The notes below the pieces were generated by a model, which made no database searches, had not been told where the DNA came from, and was given only the letters and a program-made list of their open reading frames with translations. Below, one piece after another: positions 37,866 to 47,087 of a DNA stretch of 64,000 nucleotides (position 1 is the first letter of the stretch; the number at the start of each line of letters is the position of its first letter). The stretch spans positions 224,001-288,000 of the forward strand of contig CAXXFV010000016.1 of NCBI GenBank assembly GCA_963674595.2, in the 5' to 3' direction. The DNA is from a bacterium (GTDB taxonomy: Bacteria; Zhuqueibacterota; Zhuqueibacteria; Residuimicrobiales; Krinioviventaceae). The position numbers and the translations under genes were made by a program.

Positions 37866-39659
37866 TTATTTTGCCAACAGCATTTTTATTGATTTACTGG
37901 TATTTCCTGTTCTCAGGTGACATATATATATTCCTGATGCTACCAAATTTCCATTTTCATCCAGTCCATCCCATTTGCTCATATAGTGCCCGGCAGGTTG
38001 ATAACAGTTCTCAAGAGTTCTTATTTCTTTTCCTGTTATGTCGTAAACGGCAAGATGAATGTCCATAGCATTGGGAATTTCATATTCAATTTGTGTTGAC
38101 GGATTAAATGGATTCGGGTAATTTTGTGCAAGCTGAAAACTAGTTGGAATGTTTTTATCTCCTTTATATTCCACGGATACATAGTTTGGTTCTGTTATTT
38201 CGTGATATTGATTGATATCGACATTTTTTAATACTTGTTTATATCCCAATGGCCATTTTATAGTGACCGAATCAATACTTGTTGCGAATCCGATTCCAAA
38301 ATGGACCCAGGGATTATACTGGTTAAAATGTTGATCTCCACATCGTGTTAACCGAATTTGTTTTTTATCGCCGGTATAAATTGTAACCAGACTACCGACA
38401 GCATCTTTGTTGGAAATTGTTCCTTCTAAAATAAAACCAACCCAATTGGCATCGTTTCCACCTTGATTTTCATAGAGTATATGTCCAAATTCTGGTGAAG
38501 GTATATAAATATCTAAAAATCCGTCGCGATTGAAATCAAAAAAACCACAGTTTTTTCGGCCTCCTAATTTGTCAATACCTGCAAATTCAGCAACATCTAC
38601 AAAAGTACGTACACCGGGTGATACCTCTATATTAGACAAGTAAAAGTCGGGACTTTGAGCATTGCCGCTATCAAGAAAAACATCCTGATCACCATCATTA
38701 TCTGCATCACCAAATGTGACACCCCGGTGAGCATATTGCATCCCGTTGAGTCCGGCCTGAAGAGAGATGTCATAATATACGCCGTCTCTATTTTCCCAAA
38801 GTTCGTTGTAATCCGGGCTATCTAAACGAGCTGTTACCTTGAAAAAATCAAGGTCACCATCGTTGTCATAATCAAAAAATCTTTTGTACCAGCAAGTGCC
38901 AATCTCGGCAAAGCCTAATTCTTCGGTTACATTGGTAAAAACGCCATTGTCATTTCTTAAAAAATTTGATTTACCGACCAAATCAGGATCACCGTCAAGG
39001 TCAAAATCCGTAAAAACGACCCGCCATTCTTCAGCAAGAGGTGTATTATCAAGCCCTGCTTCAGTAGCAACATTTGTAAAATGGTCACCGTCGTTTCGAA
39101 ATAGATACAAATTGTCATAACTTAGCTGACTGACAACACAATCCAGATCACCATCTAAATCATAATCAGCCCACCCGCAAATATTACAGTCCCATTCAAT
39201 TATGAATCCACCCGGTTTTGGGGCGATAAAACCCATTTCCTCAGAAACTTCGGTAAATACATTATCATCATTTCTGAGCAGGTGAATAGCATCGATAGTT
39301 GCCATGGAAAGGTCTTTGTCACCATCATTATCATAATCGGCCCACAATGTTGTCCGTGTTGACTTTTCCTGTAAATCTATTTGCTCTATTGGGGTTTGGT
39401 CTGTTATATCGGTAAAATGAACATTATTATTTGTGTATATTCTGCTATAACCCGGTTCCTGCCATCTTGTACAAAAAATATCCTGATAACCATTACGATC
39501 AATGTCTGCCAGGGCCAGACCTCCCTTTTCAAATGGTGGAAATCCAAGTCCCAGACTGATATTGTCGGCAACAATAAAATAGGTCAGTTCCTGTGCTTGA
39601 AGGGAAAAAGCTGAAAATAAAATGCAAAATTGGATAACTATGTAGCGAACTGTTTTCAT
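37866..39659 (-). CDS. CRTAC1/ASPIC-UnbV FG-GAP repeat protein with T9SS/FlgD tail
   Basis: Many DYDNDGDxD repeats; SNKDAVG...VHFGIG...IKWP; QNYPNPFNP. Confidence 0.9.
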   Translation of the reverse strand: MKTVRYIVIQFCILFSAFSLQAQELTYFIVADNISLGLGFPPFEKGGLALADIDRNGYQDIFCTRWQEPGYSRIYTNNNVHFTDITDQTPIEQIDLQEKSTRTTLWADYDNDGDKDLSMATIDAIHLLRNDDNVFTEVSEEMGFIAPKPGGFIIEWDCNICGWADYDLDGDLDCVVSQLSYDNLYLFRNDGDHFTNVATEAGLDNTPLAEEWRVVFTDFDLDGDPDLVGKSNFLRNDNGVFTNVTEELGFAEIGTCWYKRFFDYDNDGDLDFFKVTARLDSPDYNELWENRDGVYYDISLQAGLNGMQYAHRGVTFGDADNDGDQDVFLDSGNAQSPDFYLSNIEVSPGVRTFVDVAEFAGIDKLGGRKNCGFFDFNRDGFLDIYIPSPEFGHILYENQGGNDANWVGFILEGTISNKDAVGSLVTIYTGDKKQIRLTRCGDQHFNQYNPWVHFGIGFATSIDSVTIKWPLGYKQVLKNVDINQYHEITEPNYVSVEYKGDKNIPTSFQLAQNYPNPFNPSTQIEYEIPNAMDIHLAVYDITGKEIRTLENCYQPAGHYMSKWDGLDENGNLVASGIYICHLRTGNTSKSIKMLLAK

Positions 39660-39829
39660 ATTGTCCTCCATTTGGCCAATGAATTTTTTTATAATATGGA
39701 ATTGTATTTTTATATACCTGCAAATGCACGAATTTTATATAAATCTAAAGTGTAAGGAAATACATTATTTTTAAGAGTATTAAATGTTACATATATAGAA
39801 AAGTCAAATCAGGATGGAGAGAACATTTA

Positions 39830-39919
39830 TGATCATTTTGATCAATTTGTATGAACTTTTTGATAAATTTACTTAATAATTATCCTCAAGTCAAGTTTTT
39901 TTATTGAACATTTTGTTCA
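39830..39919. promoter_or_regulatory. Three palindromic TGAWCA-N3-TGWTCA boxes (candidate operator)
   Basis: TGATCA-TTT-TGATCA 39830, TGAACT-TTT-TGATAA 39852, TGAACA-TTT-TGTTCA 39905. Confidence 0.55.
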
Positions 39920-40031
39920 TTTTGCAGGTAAAAATTTTATGAAAGGGGGGAGTAGCTAAAAAAACTGGATTATAAGATATAATCAAATGTGAAATTTTAA
40001 TATTTAGATTTATTTTTAAACACCTAAAAAC

Positions 40032-40667
40032 TTAGGGAATCATTACGCCATCAATTGTCGCAGCCAACAGGTCCCCATGCCCATTGGCGTTATAATAACG
40101 GACAGGGCCAATGCCCTTTGCAAACCACCAAAATGATATACCGGCAAACATGGGTTTTAAAGTTGGCGATGTGTAAGAAAACGTTGTCCGCATTTTTATA
40201 CATTGAAGAAATGTACCTGCCGGCGTTTTAATATCTTCGATGGCATCAATTTCATATGCCAGGGAAATTTCAAGCTCTGTATTTAATGAATCATTACGTG
40301 ATTCTATACTGGTAAAATCCAGGTGTTCACCGATTTTATCGGAAAAAGGCGTAACAGGTATCGGCGGTGAAAAAGAAGTTTTTGGCAACAAACCTATTTG
40401 AGGATCAAAGACACTCCAAAATAATTGATTTTTATTTTTAACAAGCTCCTCTTCCCATAAGGGCGTGTTGGTGGAATCGTGATAAATTAATGTAAAAACC
40501 AATTTTCCATTTTTATCTTTATCAATTTTGTTTACTATGATTTTTTTTATGTTCCCGGAAAATGTCCATTCATTTCCTTTGGATAAAGGAAAATAAAAGT
40601 CAGGCTTGTGTTTGGGTGCACATTGTACTAAAAGAAATAATACTAAAACAGGGAAAAGACGTTTCAT
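40032..40667 (-). CDS. Hypothetical lipoprotein
   Basis: Lipobox LVQC; YFPLSKGNEW, TPAGTF, WFAKGIGPV motifs of a common beta-rich lipoprotein type. Confidence 0.8.
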   Translation of the reverse strand: MKRLFPVLVLFLLVQCAPKHKPDFYFPLSKGNEWTFSGNIKKIIVNKIDKDKNGKLVFTLIYHDSTNTPLWEEELVKNKNQLFWSVFDPQIGLLPKTSFSPPIPVTPFSDKIGEHLDFTSIESRNDSLNTELEISLAYEIDAIEDIKTPAGTFLQCIKMRTTFSYTSPTLKPMFAGISFWWFAKGIGPVRYYNANGHGDLLAATIDGVMIP

Positions 40668-40699
40668 ATTTTTGTACTTTTTAATAAATTAGTAAATTG

Positions 40700-41221
40700 T
40701 TATGATTTAAAATATTCTGTGCCTTCAATTTCTAAAATTTCTCCGATATAAACACGGTGGTAATCTTTGTTTGGATAATTTCTGTCCAGGCTTGCATCTA
40801 TAAATTGATTTGGGTCAATATTGTAAGCGCCAATAGTTTTACAGCCAATAATAAGACAAGCTTGATCAATACCCGGAGAGGTGGTTTTTTCACGTTTTAT
40901 TTTGTCAAGATTGCTTTGTTGGAATTTGTCGATATTTCGTCCGGATTGAGTCCCGCAAATAGAAAGGGCTTCTTTATATTCACCTGTAAAAAAGTTTACA
41001 GTAAAATCGTTATTGTTTTCCATATATGAAAAAGTATGTCGTGTTGGGCGCACATAAACAGAAAAAACTTTTTTGTGCCACAATACTCCCATTTGTGCCC
41101 AGGCAATTGTCATACAATTCGCATCATCCATCGTTCCGGCGCATAAAAGAGCGCCTCTTGAAAGGACTTTGGAAAAAATATTCAAATTCAATTCTGTCAG
41201 CTCTATACTTTTTCTATTCAT
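40700..41221 (-). CDS. Flavin reductase-like (flavoredoxin) protein
   Basis: NCMTIAW, VRPTRHT, FTVNF, CGTQSGRNIDK, DYHRVYIGEI. Confidence 0.88.
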   Translation of the reverse strand: MNRKSIELTELNLNIFSKVLSRGALLCAGTMDDANCMTIAWAQMGVLWHKKVFSVYVRPTRHTFSYMENNNDFTVNFFTGEYKEALSICGTQSGRNIDKFQQSNLDKIKREKTTSPGIDQACLIIGCKTIGAYNIDPNQFIDASLDRNYPNKDYHRVYIGEILEIEGTEYFKS

Positions 41222-41234
41222 AATAGTCTCCTTT

Positions 41235-42326
41235 TTATTTTGATGTTGATTCTTTTCGGATATCGGCAGCACGGTCATAGATTTCTTCCCGGCTTATTCC
41301 TGCGATTTCATACATGGCAAATATGTTTTCAAAAGGGGTTTCCGGCGGTATTGTGTGAGAAGCCGCTAAAATATAACCTCCTCCGTCGCTTGTCATATTT
41401 TTCAACAGTTCTTCGGTTGCTTTTTTTACCTGTGTAACTGTACCGTTAGGTAATAAATATTGGGTGTCTACACCACCCATAAATGCTATATCTTTGCCAA
41501 ATTCTTTTTTTAATTCAAAAGCATCCATGTTGGGGCAATTGCATTGGATCGGGTTTAAAACGTCCATACCGATTTCAATTAGATCCGGGATAATCGGGTA
41601 TAAAGCGCCACAGCAGTGATAAGCGACCCAGAGGTTATTCTTTTTACCAACATCCATAACACGTTTTAAATGAGGTTTTATCAGGGCTCGCCAGGTATCC
41701 GGATGCATAAATAACGACTGTTGTGAAGCAACATCATCACCGGTCCATAACCAGTCCAATGGGAGTTTTTCACAAGCTTCTGTAGATAAATGAACACCAA
41801 AGTCCGCACAACGTGCCAATAATTTTTCTGCCATGTGTGGTGCTGCAGCCAGGTCCAGCATGGCATTTTCCATACCTCTTAATCTGTTATACATTTCAAA
41901 AACACAGGGCGAAACATCACAACCTATGAAAAAATCCTTTTTATGTTCAATAACCGGCTGCATTTGTTCAAGCAGTTTGCCGGTCATTTTATATGGAAAT
42001 TCGTAATCACTAATCTGGGATTCATTGCTATTTTCAAGAGGTGAATAGGAAATTTGGTTAAAAGCCCCTTCTTTTGTCCATTTTATTCCCCAAAAGTCGG
42101 TGTGTGATTCACCGTTTTGTTCGTGTACGATTCCTTCCATGGCATAATTATTATTTATCCATGTCTGTTTAATATCGTTTCCCATTGCGTCTCCGACAAA
42201 TGCAGCGGGAATTTCCAGTTGTTGTCCTAATAGAATGGCTGTTTCAGGATGAAACCACATAAAAACGGGAATTCTGTCTGTTGGTTGTTTTTCTAAACAG
42301 GCTTTGACGCGGGTTTTGGGGGTCAT
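41235..42326 (-). CDS. Uroporphyrinogen decarboxylase (URO-D/CIMS)-like protein, MtaA/CmuA type
   Basis: DRIPV, LRGMEN, GDDVASQ, YHCCG, LNPIQ, GGVDTQ, GGYILAASH. Confidence 0.85.
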   Translation of the reverse strand: MTPKTRVKACLEKQPTDRIPVFMWFHPETAILLGQQLEIPAAFVGDAMGNDIKQTWINNNYAMEGIVHEQNGESHTDFWGIKWTKEGAFNQISYSPLENSNESQISDYEFPYKMTGKLLEQMQPVIEHKKDFFIGCDVSPCVFEMYNRLRGMENAMLDLAAAPHMAEKLLARCADFGVHLSTEACEKLPLDWLWTGDDVASQQSLFMHPDTWRALIKPHLKRVMDVGKKNNLWVAYHCCGALYPIIPDLIEIGMDVLNPIQCNCPNMDAFELKKEFGKDIAFMGGVDTQYLLPNGTVTQVKKATEELLKNMTSDGGGYILAASHTIPPETPFENIFAMYEIAGISREEIYDRAADIRKESTSK

Positions 42327-42515
42327 ATTTATCTCCTGGTGAATTCCATATTTTAAACATTATACAAAAATATTTTCAAATATTCCACTTTAGATTTTTA
42401 ATGTTTGTATTCTATAAAAATTTCAGTATGTTAAAAAGTATTAATCTAATCTAAAATTAAAAGATGAACTCCTTAAACCTTTCAATATCTATGACCCGTT
42501 AAAAAAGGAGAAAAT

Positions 42516-44621
42516 GTGTATATTCTGGGTTTCCATCTTGTTGATTGGCTGATAATTTGTCTCTATCTTGTTGGTATGATTTATATCGGCAAATGGGCAA
42601 GCCGAAAAATTACCAATACGTCTGATTTTTATCAGGGCGGACGAAGTTTTGGAAAAATATTATTTACCTTTTTAAATTTTGGGAACATAACAAATGCCGA
42701 CCAGGCCACCGGTGTCAGTCGGGAAATTTATCGACAGGGGCTGTCCGGCCTGTGGTTTCAAAATCTTGTACTTTTCATTACCCCTTTTTACTGGATTGCT
42801 GCTGTACTCCAACGTCGAACGCGTTACATAGCACCCGGTGATATTTATCTTCATCGTTTTGAAAGCCGGTTTTTAGCCGGACTGTTTGCCGTATACATTT
42901 TGCTTGTTGCTGTTTATGGTGGTTCTATGGGATTTTTGTTAACAGGTAAAACCATGAAAGCATTAATGGTAAAGCCTCAAACCGAATACACGCAAACCGA
43001 AAAAAATGCGGTGGATGGATTTCATCGGTACCAGGAATTAAAAGATAAACAGGGAATTACACCTTTGGATGAAACCGAGCTTGCAGAATATAATGTATTA
43101 CAAGAACAGTTTAAACAGGGCGAACTTCATCCTTATTTTTCTTATCTTAATTTAACAATCTTTTATTTCATTTACGCCTTAATCGTCGGAGCTTATACGA
43201 TTATGGGGGGCTTGTTTGCAGCGGTAGTAACGGATATTGTTCAGGGACTTTTGATATTATTTTTATCGATAATTCTTATTCCCCTGGGATTGATCAAATT
43301 AGGTGGATTTAGCGGTCTTCATGCTGCTGTTCCCGATTACATGTTTGAACTTTTTGGCTCCGCAGCTACTAGCGAATATACCTGGTATTTTGTCGCAGCT
43401 ATGGTCATTACCAACCTGATTGGTTTGCCGCCAAGAAGTTTTACGCTGGGCGGTTCGGCAAAGGATGATAACTCTGCACGGATTGGTATGGTAACAGGTG
43501 CTTTTGTAAAACGTTTTTTTATGATCGGATGGGCCTTGACCGGGTTGATTGCGGTGGGATTGTATAGCGGCCAAATTGCTGATCCGACGATGATTTGGGG
43601 CCACATGACCCGTGATTTGCTTGGCGTGGGTTTTATCGGGTTAATGGTGGCAGCTATTTTAGCCGCAAATATGTCCACAATTGACGCGCAAAGTATAGAA
43701 TGGTCTGCTGCTTTTACAAAAAATATTCTGTTACCTATTTTTCCCAACATTAAAGAAAAAACACAGGTCTTTGTGGGAAGAATTGTAATCATCTGCGTTC
43801 TTGTTTCTTCCATCTATTTTGCCAGAAAAGTAGATGATATTTTTGTTATGTTTAAATATGTTTTATCTATCGGAACGGTTATAGGACCGCCGTTATGGCT
43901 GGTTTATTTTTGGCGGCGGTTGACGACAAAAGCTGTTGCCATTCAAATGGTGCTGACAATTTTTACAACCGTTGTCATACCGAATGTTGCACCTAATTTT
44001 AATTTTGTTAGTAAAAATCCTGCTTTAACAGTTCAAACTGTTGAACGTGTTGACCTGGTTTCAACAAAAGCGTTACAGGAAGATGTGGATGCCGGCAATG
44101 CCTCACAAATCGGGCAGATAATTGAAAAAAGGGTTGTACATCCACCTTCTGCTGTCTTTTTTGACAAAGTTGTTCATGAAAATCCGGATGATCCGGATTC
44201 ACCTCTTGTAGGCAAGGGCGCATTTAAAAACCAGATTTACTATTGCTCCCTGCTCGGAGTCCCTGTTTCAAAGCTATCAAAAGCACAACTGGCTACTTTA
44301 TCGTTTATTTTTGACATTATTTTCCCATTTATTTTATTGTTTGGTCTCAGCTTAGTGACGCGAAAGAATTCGGATAAAGTATTAACAGAATTTTACTGTG
44401 CTATTCATACACCCACAGTTGCTGATCAAGAAGAAGATGCTAAGCGTTTGCAGGAAGCAATCCGTCATCCTGAAATTGTTGAACAGAAAAAAATATTCCC
44501 CGGAACAAACTGGGAGTTTTGGAAACCGGACCGCTGGGATACCTGGGGATTTATTATCTCGTGGATACTTGTTTTTATTGTTATTGCATTGTATATTCTT
44601 GTTATGAAGATTGGGGCCTAA
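42516..44621 (+). CDS. Sodium:solute symporter family protein
   Basis: DFYQGGRSFG, YTIMGGLFAAVVTDIVQG, AAILAANMSTID; many TM helices; GTG start after AAGGAG. Confidence 0.9.
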   Translation: MYILGFHLVDWLIICLYLVGMIYIGKWASRKITNTSDFYQGGRSFGKILFTFLNFGNITNADQATGVSREIYRQGLSGLWFQNLVLFITPFYWIAAVLQRRTRYIAPGDIYLHRFESRFLAGLFAVYILLVAVYGGSMGFLLTGKTMKALMVKPQTEYTQTEKNAVDGFHRYQELKDKQGITPLDETELAEYNVLQEQFKQGELHPYFSYLNLTIFYFIYALIVGAYTIMGGLFAAVVTDIVQGLLILFLSIILIPLGLIKLGGFSGLHAAVPDYMFELFGSAATSEYTWYFVAAMVITNLIGLPPRSFTLGGSAKDDNSARIGMVTGAFVKRFFMIGWALTGLIAVGLYSGQIADPTMIWGHMTRDLLGVGFIGLMVAAILAANMSTIDAQSIEWSAAFTKNILLPIFPNIKEKTQVFVGRIVIICVLVSSIYFARKVDDIFVMFKYVLSIGTVIGPPLWLVYFWRRLTTKAVAIQMVLTIFTTVVIPNVAPNFNFVSKNPALTVQTVERVDLVSTKALQEDVDAGNASQIGQIIEKRVVHPPSAVFFDKVVHENPDDPDSPLVGKGAFKNQIYYCSLLGVPVSKLSKAQLATLSFIFDIIFPFILLFGLSLVTRKNSDKVLTEFYCAIHTPTVADQEEDAKRLQEAIRHPEIVEQKKIFPGTNWEFWKPDRWDTWGFIISWILVFIVIALYILVMKIGA

Positions 44622-44640
44622 ATTTGGAGTGGAGGAGAAA

Positions 44641-47040
44641 ATGAGTAAAAAGTATTATTTATATTTAATTCTGATTTTTATTGTTTCCGGGTGTGCAAAA
44701 CAGGAACCCGGTCCTTTTATCAGCCGTCATTCTGATAATTACAAAGTGGGTGATCAATGGTATTGCCCAATTTGTAACAAGCCGGTAAAAAATGGGGATC
44801 GATCGGGAATTGACCCCAATTTATGCCTTTCAGAATGGCATGACACTTTTTTGGATGCCGACTTTTTTGAACAAAAGATGAATAATATTTCTGATAAAGA
44901 ACTTTTTAAAAGTTTGCAAAAATCTAAAGAAAATCCGAAAGGGATTGATTTAGAAAAGGCAGAAAATAAAACGACGGCGTTACTTGATTATTTTAACAAA
45001 CGTAAAGACAATCATATTTTATACATGTACGACAAGTATGCTGTAATGGAATTAAAAACGATTGAAGAGTTTCTTAAAGAGGTTAAAAAAGATCCGCAAC
45101 GGAAACAAAAAATTATAGATAATGCCCTTACTTTTGCTCACCCGGATAGCGGTTATCGCTTGTATGGCCATAATTTTGGCTGGAAAATTAATTATCAATC
45201 CGAATGGAAAAACATTTCCGATTATAGTGTTAATGGATTGGGATTTTTACAAAAGTTATGTTTGGCGTGGCTTGTTACCAAAGATGATTTTTATAGAAAA
45301 AGTTTCGAGGACATGTTTAATCAGTGGTATGATCAAAAAGATAATATAAAACATGTTATGAAAGAGGATGAAATTAAAGTCTATGGCACTATTTGGTACG
45401 AACTGGCAACTGACGGTAGAATATACAGATTAATAGACGCTTTTCGGGCTTTTGGTGATCAGCTTGCACCTGATACCCGTATTAGATTGTTGAAGATAAT
45501 ATTGGGACAGGCCCGTTGGTTGTATGAATGTCTCTATCAAAATCCTTTTCATGCCTATAACTGGCAGACACACACAGCCGTTTCTTTACCATATGCTGCA
45601 TTAAATTTTTGTGAATTCAATGAATCGGAAAAATGGCTTGATGTCAGTAAAAAAAATATGGTGCAGCATTTCGAGCATGACTTTAATAAAGATGGTGGAT
45701 ACATTGAGCGAAGCAGCGGTTATACCAATTATGCTTTTGGAATGTTTTATCGTTTTATGCTTATTTTTAAATATTGGGCAAATGATGATTATTATTTAAA
45801 AACATATTTACCGAAACTGGAAAGGGTGTTTGAATTTACATCTCTTACTTTATCACCGACCGGTGTGAACTGTCCGTTTAATGATGATGGGCGTAATTTA
45901 AACTTGGCCAAGCTGGTTATTGAAATGGGTGATTTTCTTAAACGAGGTGATTTTATCGGTCCTGTCGAACATTTGTTGACAGATGAACAAAAAGCAAAAT
46001 TATCCGTTAAACCGATAAAACCAAAAGTTAAAAGTTTATTGTTACCGGATTCAAAATATGCTGTTATGAGAACAGAATGGGACCCAAAAGCCTATTTTAT
46101 GATGATTAATTATGGTGAGTTTAAAAATCACGGTCATTATGATATATTGGATTTTGAAATTTATGCAAACGGAATCCCCATTGCTGTTGACGCCGGTCTG
46201 GGTTTAATCGGTTACATCGATCCGCTTCATGTTCCGTGGTATAAAGTAAGCCGGTCCCATAATATGGTTACTGTTAATGATGCTAATTGTTATAAACGGG
46301 ATATTGCCGGTGAGGACGTTATCTGGTCAAGTCAGAATTTACTGGACTATTTTGCCGCCACTCACAGGGGATATGAAAAACACCAACAAACTATAAATAG
46401 ACGACATTTTGTTTTTGTGAAAAATGAATACTGGCTGATTTTTGACCAGATTGATACACCAAAGAAAAAGTCAAAACTGGATTGGAATTTTCATACACCG
46501 TTGCATATGGATGCCCTTGATAATGGTTATATTTCCAAAGAAACAAATGGTGCGGCTGTACTTTTTCCGGCTTCAGAAAATTTAGTGACACTGAAAATGA
46601 AAAAAACAGGCCGGGCCGATTTGCGCGGCATTGACGGTGAAGAACCAAACAGAGATATTGACTGGCTTATTTTCCGTAAAATGTCTATGGCAAGTTCTGC
46701 TGATGACCATTTTGGTGTCGTCGTTTATCCGGTTACCCCGGAAATGCAACTGTCAAAAAATAATATTGAACAGGAGATTACTTTTGATAAAATATTATTG
46801 GAACAGCCCGGAATTTATGCCTATAAGCTGTGTCATAATAATACGGCGGATATCATGATTTTTTCGGATGGTGAGGAACATCAGTTTACAGAAGATATAA
46901 AAGGTGATTTTAAATTCGGATGGTTTAGAAAAATCGGTGAAAATCCCACGTCAGCTTTTATTGTTCAGGGACAGAATTTTGAATGGCAAGACAAAATAGA
47001 AAGTAAACCGGAACGATCTGATTTTGAAATTGTGTTTTAG
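44641..47040 (+). CDS. Heparinase II/III-family polysaccharide lyase (lipoprotein)
   Basis: Lipobox VSGC; NWQ, DGGYIERSSGY, HGHYD, VDAG, SHNMVTVN, RHFVF. Confidence 0.85.
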   Translation: MSKKYYLYLILIFIVSGCAKQEPGPFISRHSDNYKVGDQWYCPICNKPVKNGDRSGIDPNLCLSEWHDTFLDADFFEQKMNNISDKELFKSLQKSKENPKGIDLEKAENKTTALLDYFNKRKDNHILYMYDKYAVMELKTIEEFLKEVKKDPQRKQKIIDNALTFAHPDSGYRLYGHNFGWKINYQSEWKNISDYSVNGLGFLQKLCLAWLVTKDDFYRKSFEDMFNQWYDQKDNIKHVMKEDEIKVYGTIWYELATDGRIYRLIDAFRAFGDQLAPDTRIRLLKIILGQARWLYECLYQNPFHAYNWQTHTAVSLPYAALNFCEFNESEKWLDVSKKNMVQHFEHDFNKDGGYIERSSGYTNYAFGMFYRFMLIFKYWANDDYYLKTYLPKLERVFEFTSLTLSPTGVNCPFNDDGRNLNLAKLVIEMGDFLKRGDFIGPVEHLLTDEQKAKLSVKPIKPKVKSLLLPDSKYAVMRTEWDPKAYFMMINYGEFKNHGHYDILDFEIYANGIPIAVDAGLGLIGYIDPLHVPWYKVSRSHNMVTVNDANCYKRDIAGEDVIWSSQNLLDYFAATHRGYEKHQQTINRRHFVFVKNEYWLIFDQIDTPKKKSKLDWNFHTPLHMDALDNGYISKETNGAAVLFPASENLVTLKMKKTGRADLRGIDGEEPNRDIDWLIFRKMSMASSADDHFGVVVYPVTPEMQLSKNNIEQEITFDKILLEQPGIYAYKLCHNNTADIMIFSDGEEHQFTEDIKGDFKFGWFRKIGENPTSAFIVQGQNFEWQDKIESKPERSDFEIVF

Positions 47041-47043
47041 TTC

Positions 47044-47066
47044 AAGGGCCCTTGCGGCCCTTTTTT
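47044..47066 (+). terminator. Intrinsic terminator
   Basis: AAGGGCC-CTTGC-GGCCCTT followed by T tract. Confidence 0.8.
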
Positions 47067-47087
47067 ATTTTATTGCTTAAAATATTA

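Noticed and set aside
39700-39740. Sigma54 promoter for the CRTAC1-like gene
   Set aside because: TTGCA is present on the minus strand but the -24 GG is absent.
41235-42326. hemE assignment (also 60041-61108)
   Set aside because: Lacks the HemE RQAGR motif and hem context; fits the MtaA/CmuA-like branch.
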